Below are positions 37,038 to 45,849 of a DNA stretch of 64,000 nt, piece after piece. Location: NCBI GenBank assembly GCA_016186635.1, contig JACPLI010000020.1, positions 3,548 to 67,547 of the forward strand, in the 5' to 3' direction. The position numbers and the translations under genes are program-made. Numbering within the stretch: position 1 is the first letter of the stretch; every line of letters starts with the position of its first letter. Source of the stretch: Candidatus Liptonbacteria bacterium. GTDB taxonomy: Bacteria > Patescibacteriota > Minisyncoccia > UBA6257 > 2-01-FULL-56-20. The notes beneath the pieces were generated by a model that worked only from the letters and a program-made list of their open reading frames with translations, had not been told where the DNA came from and searched no databases.

Positions 37038-39725
37038 ATGCATAACAAGATAATCATTCGCGGCGCCCGCGAGCATAATTTGAAGAACATCACGCTCGAG
37101 ATTCCGCGCGATAAAATGACTGTGTTCACCGGGCTTTCCGGCTCGGGGAAGTCGAGCATGGCGTTCGACACGATTTTCGCCGAGGGACAGCGCCGCTACA
37201 TCGAGTCGCTCTCCGCGTATGCGCGGCAGTTTTTGGGGCGGCTCGATAAACCGGACGTGGATGATATTGAGGGGCTCTCGCCCGCAATCTCGATTGATCA
37301 GAAAAGCCATTCCCACAATCCGCGTTCGACGGTGGCAACCGTGACCGAGATTTATGACTATCTTCGCGTGCTCTTCGCCCGCGCGGGGAAGCCCCACTGC
37401 CCAAAGTGCGGCAGGGAAATCCAGAAGCTTACGAACGAGGAGATTGTGGATGTCGCCGTCCAAATCTCGAATGAGAATAAGTCAAAGAAAAACATCGTGA
37501 TTCTTGCGCCGGTCGTGCGTGGACGGAAAGGGGAATACTATCAGCTCCTCTACGACTTCTTGAACGCCGGGTTCTCCGAGGTGCGCGTGGACGGGGTTTA
37601 CAAAACGCTCCGCGAGCGAGTGGAATTGAGCAGATATAAAGCGCACTCGATTGATTTGGTAGTGGACCGCATTCCGGCGGGAATTGATTTTTCCGACAAA
37701 GATGCGCGGCTTCGACTTGCGGAGGCGGTTGAGATGGCCTTGAAATACGGGAATGACGTGGTGACGGTTGTGACCGACAAGGAAGTCTCGCTCTCCGCGA
37801 AGTTTACCTGTCCGAACGACGGGTTCTCGTTTCCCGAAATCGAGCCGCGGCTTTTCTCGTTCAACAGCCCGTACGGCGCGTGCCCCCAATGCCACGGGCT
37901 GGGCACGGAAGATGTGTGGTCCGAAAAGATTTGCCTGGTGTGCGCGGGGAAGCGTTTGAAAGAAGAAAGTTTGGGGGTATTGATTAACGGTAAAAGCATA
38001 GCTTCGATCGCGGCGCTATCGATTGGGGATGCGTATATGTTTTTTGAAAAATGGGAAGCATCAATAGCGGGGAAGTCGGACTTCCCGAGGAAGTCCGACT
38101 TCCAAAAATTGGCCTTGAAGGAGATCGCGGAAGCCCCGCTCCGCGAAATAAAAAACCGTCTGAAATTCATGATTGACGTGGGGCTCGAGTATCTCACGCT
38201 CGAACGCCGGGCGGGGACGCTCTCCGGCGGGGAAGCGCAACGAATCCGGCTTGCCTCGCAAGTGGGTTCTCGGCTCGTGGGCACGCTCTACATTTTGGAC
38301 GAGCCGACCATCGGGCTTCACCAAAAAGATAATGCGAAGCTCATCAAGACGCTTCACGACCTGCGTGATTTGGGGAACACGATTGTGGTCGTCGAGCACG
38401 ACGAGGAGACAATTCGGGAGAGCGATTATCTCGTAGACTTTGGTCCCGGCGCGGGTATTCATGGGGGGAAAGTGGTGGCGCAGGGGGCGATTCCAGAGCT
38501 GTTGGGACCAGTGTCATTCCCGCGCACGCGGGAATCCAAGGTATCACAGGGAACTCTGGATTCCCGTTTTCACGGGAATGACAGAAAAGTTCTTACTCGG
38601 CAAAGTCAGGTTTTGAAAGATTCTCTCACTCTTCAGTATTTGCATGGCAAGAAGTTTATTGAAATCCCGAAAGAGCGCCGCGGCGTCGGCAAGGGGACGA
38701 AGCTTATTTCCATCAAAGGCGCGAAAGAAAATAATCTCAAGAACATCGACGTGGCGATTCCCGTGGGGCGGCTTACGGCGGTGACCGGCGTTTCGGGTTC
38801 GGGGAAGTCGAGTTTGGTCTACGACGTGCTCTATAAGACGCTCGCGAATAAGTGGCACGGGGCGAGTTACAAGGAGGGCGCGCATAGCGGAATTTTTGGA
38901 TTAGAGCACATAAATCGAGTGATCAACATTGACCAGTCGCCGATTGGGCGCACGCCGCGCTCGAATCCCGCGACGTATGTGGGTGCGTGGACGTTTGTTA
39001 GAGACCTCTTCGCGGCGACCCCCGACGCAAAAGTGCGCGGCTATAAGCCGGGGCGGTTCAGCTTCAATGTGCCGGGCGGCCGGTGCGAGAACTGCGAAGG
39101 GCACGGCACGCTCGCCATCGAGATGCATTTCCTCCCCACGGTCTACGTGCAGTGCGACATCTGCAAAGGCAAGCGCTTCGACCGAGAGACGCTTGCGGTG
39201 GAGTACCGATCCTCCGCTAAAGCTATGGACGGCAGGCAAAGCAAAAATATATACGAGGTTTTGAAACTCACGATTGAAGAGGCGGTGAAGTTTTTTGATG
39301 AAATCCCGTGGCTCGCGGACCGATTGAAGATTCTGGACGAAGTGGGGCTCGGATACCTCGAACTCGGGCAGTCCGCGACGACCCTCTCCGGCGGAGAAGC
39401 CCAGCGCGTGAAGCTTGCCTCGGAGCTGGGGAAGCGCGACACCCGCCGGACGCTCTACTTGCTCGACGAACCCACGACGGGGCTTCACTTTGCGGACGTG
39501 GACAAATTGCTCCAAGTTTTACAGCGCCTTGTGGGCAGAGGGAATACGGTCGTCGTCATCGAGCATAACTTGGATGTCATCAAAACCGCGGACTGGGTGA
39601 TTGACCTTGGCCCCGAAGGAGGAGAGAAGGGCGGCGAAATTGTCGCCGCGGGCACGCCCGAAGAAATCGCGCGAAAGAAAGGGAGCTTTACGGGGGAGTA
39701 TCTGCGGAGGGTTCTCCAAGGTTAA
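37038..39725 (+). CDS. uvrA: Excinuclease ABC subunit A
   Basis: [18 protein letters not shown], two ABC ATPase modules (GLSGSGKSS / [17 protein letters not shown] x2), and Zn-finger Cys motifs. In-frame family-B and family-E insertions. The stop lies inside a family-C repeat. Confidence 0.95.
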   Translation: MHNKIIIRGAREHNLKNITLEIPRDKMTVFTGLSGSGKSSMAFDTIFAEGQRRYIESLSAYARQFLGRLDKPDVDDIEGLSPAISIDQKSHSHNPRSTVATVTEIYDYLRVLFARAGKPHCPKCGREIQKLTNEEIVDVAVQISNENKSKKNIVILAPVVRGRKGEYYQLLYDFLNAGFSEVRVDGVYKTLRERVELSRYKAHSIDLVVDRIPAGIDFSDKDARLRLAEAVEMALKYGNDVVTVVTDKEVSLSAKFTCPNDGFSFPEIEPRLFSFNSPYGACPQCHGLGTEDVWSEKICLVCAGKRLKEESLGVLINGKSIASIAALSIGDAYMFFEKWEASIAGKSDFPRKSDFQKLALKEIAEAPLREIKNRLKFMIDVGLEYLTLERRAGTLSGGEAQRIRLASQVGSRLVGTLYILDEPTIGLHQKDNAKLIKTLHDLRDLGNTIVVVEHDEETIRESDYLVDFGPGAGIHGGKVVAQGAIPELLGPVSFPRTRESKVSQGTLDSRFHGNDRKVLTRQSQVLKDSLTLQYLHGKKFIEIPKERRGVGKGTKLISIKGAKENNLKNIDVAIPVGRLTAVTGVSGSGKSSLVYDVLYKTLANKWHGASYKEGAHSGIFGLEHINRVINIDQSPIGRTPRSNPATYVGAWTFVRDLFAATPDAKVRGYKPGRFSFNVPGGRCENCEGHGTLAIEMHFLPTVYVQCDICKGKRFDRETLAVEYRSSAKAMDGRQSKNIYEVLKLTIEEAVKFFDEIPWLADRLKILDEVGLGYLELGQSATTLSGGEAQRVKLASELGKRDTRRTLYLLDEPTTGLHFADVDKLLQVLQRLVGRGNTVVVIEHNLDVIKTADWVIDLGPEGGEKGGEIVAAGTPEEIARKKGSFTGEYLRRVLQG
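38070..38108. repeat. Family-B palindrome copy 4, in-frame inside uvrA
   Basis: gggaagtcggacttcccgaggaagtccgacttcc encodes [12 protein letters not shown]. Confidence 0.85.
38513..38583. repeat. Family-E MITE-like element copy 3, in-frame inside uvrA
   Basis: gtcattcccgcgcacgcgggaatccaaggtatcacagggaactctggattcccgttttcacgggaatgac encodes [24 protein letters not shown]. Confidence 0.85.
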
Positions 39726-39754
39726 ACCTTGAATCTGCAAAAAGGTTTAACCTT
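39715..39754. repeat. Family-C double palindrome copy 6 at the uvrA stop
   Basis: ccaaggttaaaccttgaatctgcaaaaaggtttaacctt encodes the final LQG*. Confidence 0.8.
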
Positions 39755-39778
39755 ACATTGAAATAGGGGCGATTCGCG

Positions 39779-40447
39779 TTACTTCAACCCCAAGATATTT
39801 TTAGCAATGGCCGGCACCTCGCGGCGGAAATATGCCTTTATTTCTCCCCACGTCGCCTTAAAGAAAAGGGTTGGCATAGGGTCGTCTTCCGCCTCCGTAA
39901 AATAAGTTAAGCTTTTGATGAAGTGCGGGAAGTTCAGATTTTTTGTTGGATAGTGTTCTTGCACGCGAGAGAGAATGTCGCAAAGCGGCTCCCGATTTTT
40001 GACATACCAGTACAGGTCAACAAAATCGCGCTTGCGGCAACGCTGACTGATTGCAATAATCTTCATCACCGCAATATCTTCCGGAGGAAGGATTTTAACG
40101 GTGCCGAAACGCGTGAATGTTCCTGAAGCGACGAAAAAGGGATAGGCGATAAAACTCGCTTTTGCTCCCGCATACTCTCCGTATAATGTGCCGGCGGTTG
40201 CCGATGTTGTGTTCCAATCGCCAGTTTTGAGAAGTACCCCTTCGAGCGCAAGCCGGTCAAACTCGGCTTCCGGCGTGAAAAAATCCAAATCAACGGACTG
40301 GCGATGTCCGACTTGCAGCGCGAGCGCCGTGCCCCCCGCGAGATACCAGCCGCCTCCGCGAAAAAGCGGCATCTTTGAGAATGTTTCAAGCGCGTGCTTG
40401 GTGTCCGCAGGCAATGCCTCAAAATGGAATCCATCAACTTGTTGCAT
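39779..40447 (-). CDS. AbiEii/AbiGii-family nucleotidyltransferase toxin (type IV TA)
   Basis: LFRGGGWYLAGGTALALQVGHRQSVDLDFF matches the DUF1814 signature. Start taken at internal M42 of the track ORF (±3 nt). Confidence 0.65.
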   Translation of the reverse strand: MQQVDGFHFEALPADTKHALETFSKMPLFRGGGWYLAGGTALALQVGHRQSVDLDFFTPEAEFDRLALEGVLLKTGDWNTTSATAGTLYGEYAGAKASFIAYPFFVASGTFTRFGTVKILPPEDIAVMKIIAISQRCRKRDFVDLYWYVKNREPLCDILSRVQEHYPTKNLNFPHFIKSLTYFTEAEDDPMPTLFFKATWGEIKAYFRREVPAIAKNILGLK

Positions 40448-40464
40448 GGTGTGCGGTACCGTTA

Positions 40465-40740
40465 TCAAGCAAACACAAGTTTCCACAATGCTCGCGATTG
40501 CGGCTGCAGCACGCGAGAGGTGAGCACTACCTTCTTGATGAGCGACTTGGGATAATACGCCGCCATCCATCGCAACTCGTCGTCTCTTCCGAAATCCAGA
40601 ATCCGCTCAATCACATAGACCGCGTGTTTCTTCGGGTCAATCGTCTTCGGGTCAACGTCCCAAAAAAGCGATTGCCGAAATCGCATTGCGGGCGTGGCGC
40701 TTTTTTTCGCGACCTTCATGTGTCGCCTATATTTTAGCAT
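40465..40740 (-). CDS. Putative cognate antitoxin / partner of the AbiEii-like toxin (91 aa)
   Basis: Lies immediately upstream on the same strand. Basic N-terminus. No motif could be named. Confidence 0.35.
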   Translation of the reverse strand: MLKYRRHMKVAKKSATPAMRFRQSLFWDVDPKTIDPKKHAVYVIERILDFGRDDELRWMAAYYPKSLIKKVVLTSRVLQPQSRALWKLVFA

Positions 40741-40794
40741 TTTTTACTCATTCTTTCTAATTTATTTCTCTCGGTTTTTTTGTTGCTCCGGATT

Positions 40795-40826
40795 CCGAAG
40801 TTGGACTTCCGGGAGGAAGGATTGTG
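40795..40826. repeat. Family-B palindrome copy 5
   Basis: ccgaagttggacttccgggaggaagg. Confidence 0.6.
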
Positions 40827-40868
40827 ATTGTACTTTCTTCCCTCTGATTGAGAAGCCGGAAGCGGGAT

Positions 40869-41300
40869 TTATTTTTCTTTTCCGACGAATGCGCGCACCT
40901 GCCGCGTATATTCCCCAAAATCGCCGTAGTTTTTCTTCGTATTTCGCACAAAGAGAGCCCTATCCAGTTTTTCGTATTGGTGCACAATCATGTTTCGCAC
41001 GCCGACAATCGGAGCTATTGTGAACGCAAAGTTTTTCTCTATCACATTCATCTCGCCAAGCAAGCGGAAGGTGCCCTCCAAATCGTCCGGCGCGCCAAGG
41101 TGTTTTTCCTTGATGATGTGCCGGTTGATATCTATCATGGCGTCAACTGCGAGCTGAAAAACCCGCTCAAGCGCGTGATATTTAACACTATCTTTCAAAA
41201 TATCGTCGTCCGAGAACTCGGCAACAAAGGGCTTTATTTCTCCCACATAACCTGCCAGCAGATGCAGCTTTTTCTCCACAAGCGCAAAATCGAGCGTCAT
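40869..41300 (-). CDS. hepT: HepT-like HEPN toxin (DUF86)
   Basis: Rx4-6H HEPN motif RNMIVHQY near the C-terminus. Overlaps the upstream MNT gene by 4 nt. Confidence 0.75.
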   Translation of the reverse strand: MTLDFALVEKKLHLLAGYVGEIKPFVAEFSDDDILKDSVKYHALERVFQLAVDAMIDINRHIIKEKHLGAPDDLEGTFRLLGEMNVIEKNFAFTIAPIVGVRNMIVHQYEKLDRALFVRNTKKNYGDFGEYTRQVRAFVGKEK

Positions 41301-41698
41301 AGTTTTGAAAGCGTGTAATCAAGGAAATCCCTTCGCAGTTCAAACAATATTTCTGCATCATCGTAGTTCCGGAGCGCATATAAATATGCCTCGTTAAAAA
41401 GCGATTGACTTCGCTCATACAGCACCACCGCATTCGTCACGATCTGCTTCGCGAGAAGCGGGGGCGCAGTTTTCAGATTCACGAGCGACACCTTGTCGTT
41501 CCGAAAAACCTCCGTCAGGTCGAAATTCAAAAGCACCTCATCGTCAAACGAGAGTTTTTTGTCCGCGAGATATGCCACGTCCACATCGCTTTCCTTGTGC
41601 GTCTGCCCTGTTGCCTGCGAGCCGAAAAGCACGACCAACGAAAGGCCGTATTTCTCGGCAAGCGCGGCGATATGGGGTTGTGTTGATGCAATATTCAT
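41297..41698 (-). CDS. mntA: MntA-like minimal nucleotidyltransferase antitoxin
   Basis: GSQATGQTHKESDVDVAY matches the NTase fold GS...D.D motif. Confidence 0.8.
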   Translation of the reverse strand: MNIASTQPHIAALAEKYGLSLVVLFGSQATGQTHKESDVDVAYLADKKLSFDDEVLLNFDLTEVFRNDKVSLVNLKTAPPLLAKQIVTNAVVLYERSQSLFNEAYLYALRNYDDAEILFELRRDFLDYTLSKL

Positions 41699-42330
41699 GT
41701 GATTTCATCGTACCATGTTTCTCTAAATGCTCCAATAACCCTTATTTTATAATGGTTTCCGACTTGTCCTGAGCTTGCCGAAGGAGAGACGATTGACAAG
41801 ATAGCATAAAGTATGCTATATTTACACCGTTATTTTGCAGTTCTTTCACACAGCAAAATCGTTTGAACCCCGTTGTTGTACGAGAATAGCACCATGCTAG
41901 TCACTAAGTCCTAATGGCTAAGTTCTAGTGGCTGTCATTGAGCTATTCTCGTGTGAGCGTAGCCAGTATCTTCGCCTCCTGTCTCTTTTGAGAGAATGGA
42001 CGAACGGTATCGCGCTACCGCAACAGCGCATCTCCATTTCCGATGACCTCAGTGGACCGCTGGGTTCGAAACTCGGGCAATGCCCGAGTAATGGTGCAGT
42101 GGGATGATCAAACTGGAAGGGTTCCAGCACTCATCCTTTCCACCCATTACCATGGGGATGGTGGCGGGCAGGATGCCCGCTTCGTGCGGATTCAGATTGG
42201 AAAACCCCTCTATTTTTCGCCCGCAATGTAAAAATGTGCGGGCACGCCGAAAGGCAATGGAGACGACTGAATCCTGTAGATTCGGTCAGGTGGAGCCCTG
42301 AGCTACGTCGAAGGGCTCCACCAATCTCTA

Positions 42331-42439
42331 CTGTTCTCGGTTCCAACGAGGGAGTTACATTTCTTCCTAAAAATAAAAAATTGAAAACATTGATGGGGCG
42401 AAAGAGTCAAAAACTCAATCGCCCCGCTCAATTGAGTCC
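42331..42439 (+). repeat. Cassette-array direct repeat R1 (~110 nt, ends in a conserved stem-loop plus CTCAATTGAG palindrome)
   Basis: ctgttctcggttccaacgagggag...ttcctaaaaa...ggggcga-loop-tcgccccgctcaattgagtcc. Confidence 0.75.
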
Positions 42440-42667
42440 ATAAGCGAAAGTTTGTGGATTCATAGAGCAAGCAGTTCTTTCAAATCAATAAAATTGGAAT
42501 CTGGAAGAATTCGTTGCTGCACTTGTAGGAAGCGCAAAGATTATCAAAATAGTTTTTGCGCTTCCTATGAGGAACGCAGGCGATATCGGCGGGCCGCAAA
42601 CATGCCGATAAACTTCACGCCCACTGGAAAGGCGCTATGCCAAGTCCTACGGGCACGAGGAGATAGT

Positions 42668-43429
42668 ATGGAAAATAACCAGCAGAATCAGTCGTATCGG
42701 GTATTCACCATCAATTCCGGGAGCATCACCGAAGGCGCGCCGGTTCAGATGGTGAAAATCGCGCAAGGGACAGTTGAGATTTTCGCGGTCACGGTCGGGG
42801 AGAGTGGCCGTGGGCGCCAACTCGGTATGGTCCCGGTGGACCGGCCGCCGCACACGGCTTGCTCGAACCGGAATCGAGAAATGTCCGGCGAAAAGTGCGA
42901 CAAATGCGGTGTCGCGCTTGAGAATGGCAAGCACCCGGACAAAGGAGAGGTGCCGGGGCGGCTCATGTTCGCGGAGTTGGGGCAGACAAAGTCCGGGAAA
43001 CCCAAACTTTTCTCGAAACCGTCGGCGACTTCGGATGAAAAGGTCATCGCTGTTTTCAGTACGATGATTGGTTTCCGGGGCGGCAATTCGCATACCGGAG
43101 ACCGCGCGGGGTGGACTTGTTCGTGCGGTGAGTCTGCTGACACCGCCAGGCCGGAAAAGTGCCCCAAGTGCGGTGGGACTGAAGGTCTGAAGAATAAATT
43201 CGCGCAGTTTCCTGGTGAGATTATCTGCCAGGGTACCATCGCCGAAGGAGACGCGGGGCGGATGGGGAGCGGCGAGCAGCTCGTCGCGTTCATGCCGAAG
43301 GATGTGGTTTTCCGAACATCCTACTCGGGGCGGCTCTATGGGAAGCCGGGTGCCCACTATTACAAGTGGACTGGCGAGAAATTCCTCGCCGCCACGTGGG
43401 AAGATCGGTCGGCGGCGGATCTGTTCTAG
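42668..43429 (+). CDS. Hypothetical Cys-rich protein with two Zn-ribbon-like CxxC pairs (253 aa)
   Basis: CDKCG...CSCGESADTARPEKCPKCGG. RBS aggagatagtATG. Start reset to M73 of the track ORF. Confidence 0.5.
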   Translation: MENNQQNQSYRVFTINSGSITEGAPVQMVKIAQGTVEIFAVTVGESGRGRQLGMVPVDRPPHTACSNRNREMSGEKCDKCGVALENGKHPDKGEVPGRLMFAELGQTKSGKPKLFSKPSATSDEKVIAVFSTMIGFRGGNSHTGDRAGWTCSCGESADTARPEKCPKCGGTEGLKNKFAQFPGEIICQGTIAEGDAGRMGSGEQLVAFMPKDVVFRTSYSGRLYGKPGAHYYKWTGEKFLAATWEDRSAADLF

Positions 43430-43523
43430 GTTCCAATCGGGAGAAGGAAAACTTCCTAAAAACAAACCAAAAAACATTTAGCGGGCGATTGGGAAAACCT
43501 GATCGCCCCGCTCAATTGAGTCC
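43421..43523 (+). repeat. Cassette-array direct repeat R2
   Basis: ctgttctaggttccaatcgggag...ttcctaaaaa...gggcgat-loop-atcgccccgctcaattgagtcc. Confidence 0.75.
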
Positions 43524-43583
43524 GTCGCGCCGTGAGTACGGAATGCGGTGGCCTCAACAGAGTGGTTGCTACTTTACAACTTT

Positions 43584-43916
43584 ATGAAAAGAATAATCGT
43601 CCAAAAGGCGACGGATTTCTGGCCAACCTACGACCCTAAGAAATGGGTTGCCTTCGAGGAGGGGAAAAACCCATCGGAGGGGAGTACGGGCAGTACTTTT
43701 GGGTTGGCGGCCATGGCGCTCGCTGCGAACGTGGCCGATGAGAGCGAAATACCGCCGATGCAGGTACGCATCACGGTAACGCTCAATCGGCCAAGGGATG
43801 CGGTACTCATGGTTTGGAAGTTTTTCCTCGCTTTTCTGAAGCTGCTATTTGGGGAAAAGCAGATTCGGATAAGTATGGATCCCTTGTCGATGTTTGTCGA
43901 CAAGGTACAGCGTTGA
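43584..43916 (+). CDS. Hypothetical protein (110 aa)
   Basis: ORF immediately downstream of R2. No recognisable domain. Confidence 0.4.
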   Translation: MKRIIVQKATDFWPTYDPKKWVAFEEGKNPSEGSTGSTFGLAAMALAANVADESEIPPMQVRITVTLNRPRDAVLMVWKFFLAFLKLLFGEKQIRISMDPLSMFVDKVQR

Positions 43917-43925
43917 AATTTTTGC

Positions 43926-43967
43926 GGGCGAGTGGTTCTATTCCATTCGCCCCGCTCAATTGAGTCC
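43926..43967 (+). repeat. Cassette-array direct repeat R3 (3' module only)
   Basis: gggcgagtggttctattccattcgccccgctcaattgagtcc. Confidence 0.7.
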
Positions 43968-44038
43968 GAGAGTGAAAGATTCTCGCGAGCTGAACAGAGC
44001 GATTTAAAAATAAAAACGTGAAAGGAGGTGAAAAGCAA

Positions 44039-44302
44039 ATGCTGAAAATCCCGAAAAACGGGGCGGAAATCCAAACGGTCAAAGGGATACAATATCTCGT
44101 TGCCCGGCTGGATGCGCAGAAAACCTGCGCGGACTACCTGAACGCGCTTCGGAGAGGAGAGACCGTGGTTGTGCCGCTTTCAAAAAGGACACATCTCACG
44201 GGGCTTCTTAAGAGGGAATCCATTTTTACTCGGCAAAAGACACTTGTTGCCGGGAAATGGATCTCTTTCACTCCGTGTGAAGAAAGGGAGTTCAAGCCTT
44301 AA
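44039..44302 (+). CDS. Hypothetical protein (87 aa)
   Basis: Strong RBS aaggaggtg 8 nt upstream of the ATG. A terminator follows. Confidence 0.45.
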   Translation: MLKIPKNGAEIQTVKGIQYLVARLDAQKTCADYLNALRRGETVVVPLSKRTHLTGLLKRESIFTRQKTLVAGKWISFTPCEEREFKP

Positions 44303-44362
44303 CTGCGGCTTTGGCACGCGGGGCAGAGCGACTGCCTGGCAACGGAATTGTCGCAAAAATTT

Positions 44363-44395
44363 GGAGGTGCAAAAACGCACCTCCTTTTGCTTTTT
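44363..44395 (+). terminator. Rho-independent terminator
   Basis: ggaggtgc-aaaaac-gcacctcc followed by ttttgcttttta. Confidence 0.8.
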
Positions 44396-44420
44396 ATACG
44401 ACGGGGTATACTCCAAGCGC

Positions 44421-45761
44421 ATGACTGATTTTGACCTGCCTGCTGGCAGGCAGGGAAAATTAAAAGACAAAGTGATACATGATTTTCCGGAGACGCCGGG
44501 GGTGTATACGATGCGGGGTGCAACAAAAAAGGTGCTTTACATCGGCAAAGCGGGAAATTTGCGGCGGCGGGTATCAAGCTATTTTCTACGCGCACACGAC
44601 GCGCGAATCGAGCGACTGATGCAGGAAGTGCGGGAGATTAGCTACGAGGAAACGGATACCGCGCTTGAGGCGCTCATTCTCGAGTCAAAACTCATTAAGG
44701 AAAAGCATCCGGTTTATAACATCCGCGAGCAGGATGACAAAAGTTTTCTCTATGTGGCGATTACGCGCGAGGCGTTCCCGCGGGTGCTCCTCGTGAGAGG
44801 AAAAGATTTCAATGCGGGAAGGATTAGCCTTCTGAAGGAGGCTAAGCCTTCCAAAGCATTCGGGCCATTTACCTCCGGCACGAGTATCCGCGAGGCGCTA
44901 CGGATTTTGAGAAGGATATTTCCGTGGAATACGCATAGGTTAGAAGGTGGAAAGGTGGAAAGGTTAGAAGCGGAGAAGCGGCCATGCTTCGATTACGAAG
45001 TGGGCTTGTGCCCGGGGACGTGTATCGGGGAGATAGATAAAAAAGAGTATCGCAAAAATATACACCGCCTCATAGACGTTTTTGAGGGAAAGAAGAAACG
45101 AGTGTTACTCGGGCTGGAGCGCGAAATGAAGAAAGCGAGTAAAGCGTTGGAATTTGAGAACGCCGCAAAACTGCGGAAACAGATTTTCGCGCTGAAGCAC
45201 ATACAGGATGTGGCGTTACTGAATCAAGATGCCCCAAGGTTTAACCTTGAGGATTCGAAGGTTAAACCTTCGATACGGATTGAAGGATATGACATCTCGA
45301 ACATTTCCGGGACTTCGGCGGTGGGTGCGATGGTAGTTTTTCTAAACGGGGAGCCGGCGAAAAGCGAGTATCGGAAATTTAAGATTTGCACGGTTGCGCA
45401 ATCCGATGATATCGGGATGCTCGAAGAGGTACTGCGAAGGAGGTTTAGGAGACATGGGGCGGAGGATGTTAAGGTTCAACCTTTCGGCACATCAAGGTTG
45501 AACCTTTGGGCGATGCCGAATCTTATTTTGGTTGACGGCGGGAGGGGACAAGTGAACGCGGCGCGGGAGGTGCTTGCAGAGGCGGAGCTCCGAATCCCGC
45601 TCGTGGGCATTGCGAAGGGACCGGAACGGAAAAGGAATGATGTCATCGGCAGAGTTCCAGTGGGGGTCTCGCTCGCCACGCTCATCAGAGTCCGCGACGA
45701 GGCACACCGGTTTGCGATTCGGTATCACAGAAAACTCCGAAGAACCAGGGCGTTTGAGTGA
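44421..45761 (+). CDS. uvrC: Excinuclease ABC subunit C, short form lacking the C-terminal HhH domain
   Basis: GIY-YIG N-terminus PGVYTM...VLYIGKAGNLRRRVSSYF, UVR motif, RNase H-like endonuclease domain, and EAHRFAIRYHR near the end. Three in-frame repeat insertions. Confidence 0.9.
   Translation: MTDFDLPAGRQGKLKDKVIHDFPETPGVYTMRGATKKVLYIGKAGNLRRRVSSYFLRAHDARIERLMQEVREISYEETDTALEALILESKLIKEKHPVYNIREQDDKSFLYVAITREAFPRVLLVRGKDFNAGRISLLKEAKPSKAFGPFTSGTSIREALRILRRIFPWNTHRLEGGKVERLEAEKRPCFDYEVGLCPGTCIGEIDKKEYRKNIHRLIDVFEGKKKRVLLGLEREMKKASKALEFENAAKLRKQIFALKHIQDVALLNQDAPRFNLEDSKVKPSIRIEGYDISNISGTSAVGAMVVFLNGEPAKSEYRKFKICTVAQSDDIGMLEEVLRRRFRRHGAEDVKVQPFGTSRLNLWAMPNLILVDGGRGQVNAAREVLAEAELRIPLVGIAKGPERKRNDVIGRVPVGVSLATLIRVRDEAHRFAIRYHRKLRRTRAFE
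44435..44453. repeat. Family-D palindrome in the uvrC N-terminus
   Basis: cctgcctgctggcaggcagg encodes LPAGRQG. Confidence 0.8.
45236..45272. repeat. Family-C double palindrome copy 7, in-frame inside uvrC
   Basis: caaggtttaaccttgaggattcgaaggttaaacctt encodes PRFNLEDSKVKPS. Confidence 0.85.
45471..45509. repeat. Family-C double palindrome copy 8, in-frame inside uvrC
   Basis: aaggttcaacctttcggcacatcaaggttgaacctttgg encodes VKVQPFGTSRLNLW. Confidence 0.85.
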
Positions 45762-45849
45762 TGCCCGGAACGAGCGCTTTTCATACTTACCCATTCGCAC
45801 GAATGGGTAAGTGTGAATTGGAGATTTTGACTCGTGGTATGCTGAAGGA

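Noticed and set aside
41700-42335. tmRNA / RNase P RNA / SRP RNA in the ORF-less structured region.
   Set aside because: I looked for a tmRNA 3' T-arm + CCA and 5' GGGG, the RNase P P4 motifs (AGGAAAGTCCGGGC / CCGGCTTA), and the SRP GGAAGCAGCC. None was present. Left as unresolved structured RNA or DNA.
42331-43967. CRISPR array? Three copies of gatcgccccgctcaattgagtcc-containing repeats.
   Set aside because: The spacing is irregular (~1090 and ~505 bp) with full genes between copies. The repeats are ~110 nt, not 25-40 nt. No cas genes are adjacent; the only Cas4-like nuclease is 6 kb away and stand-alone.
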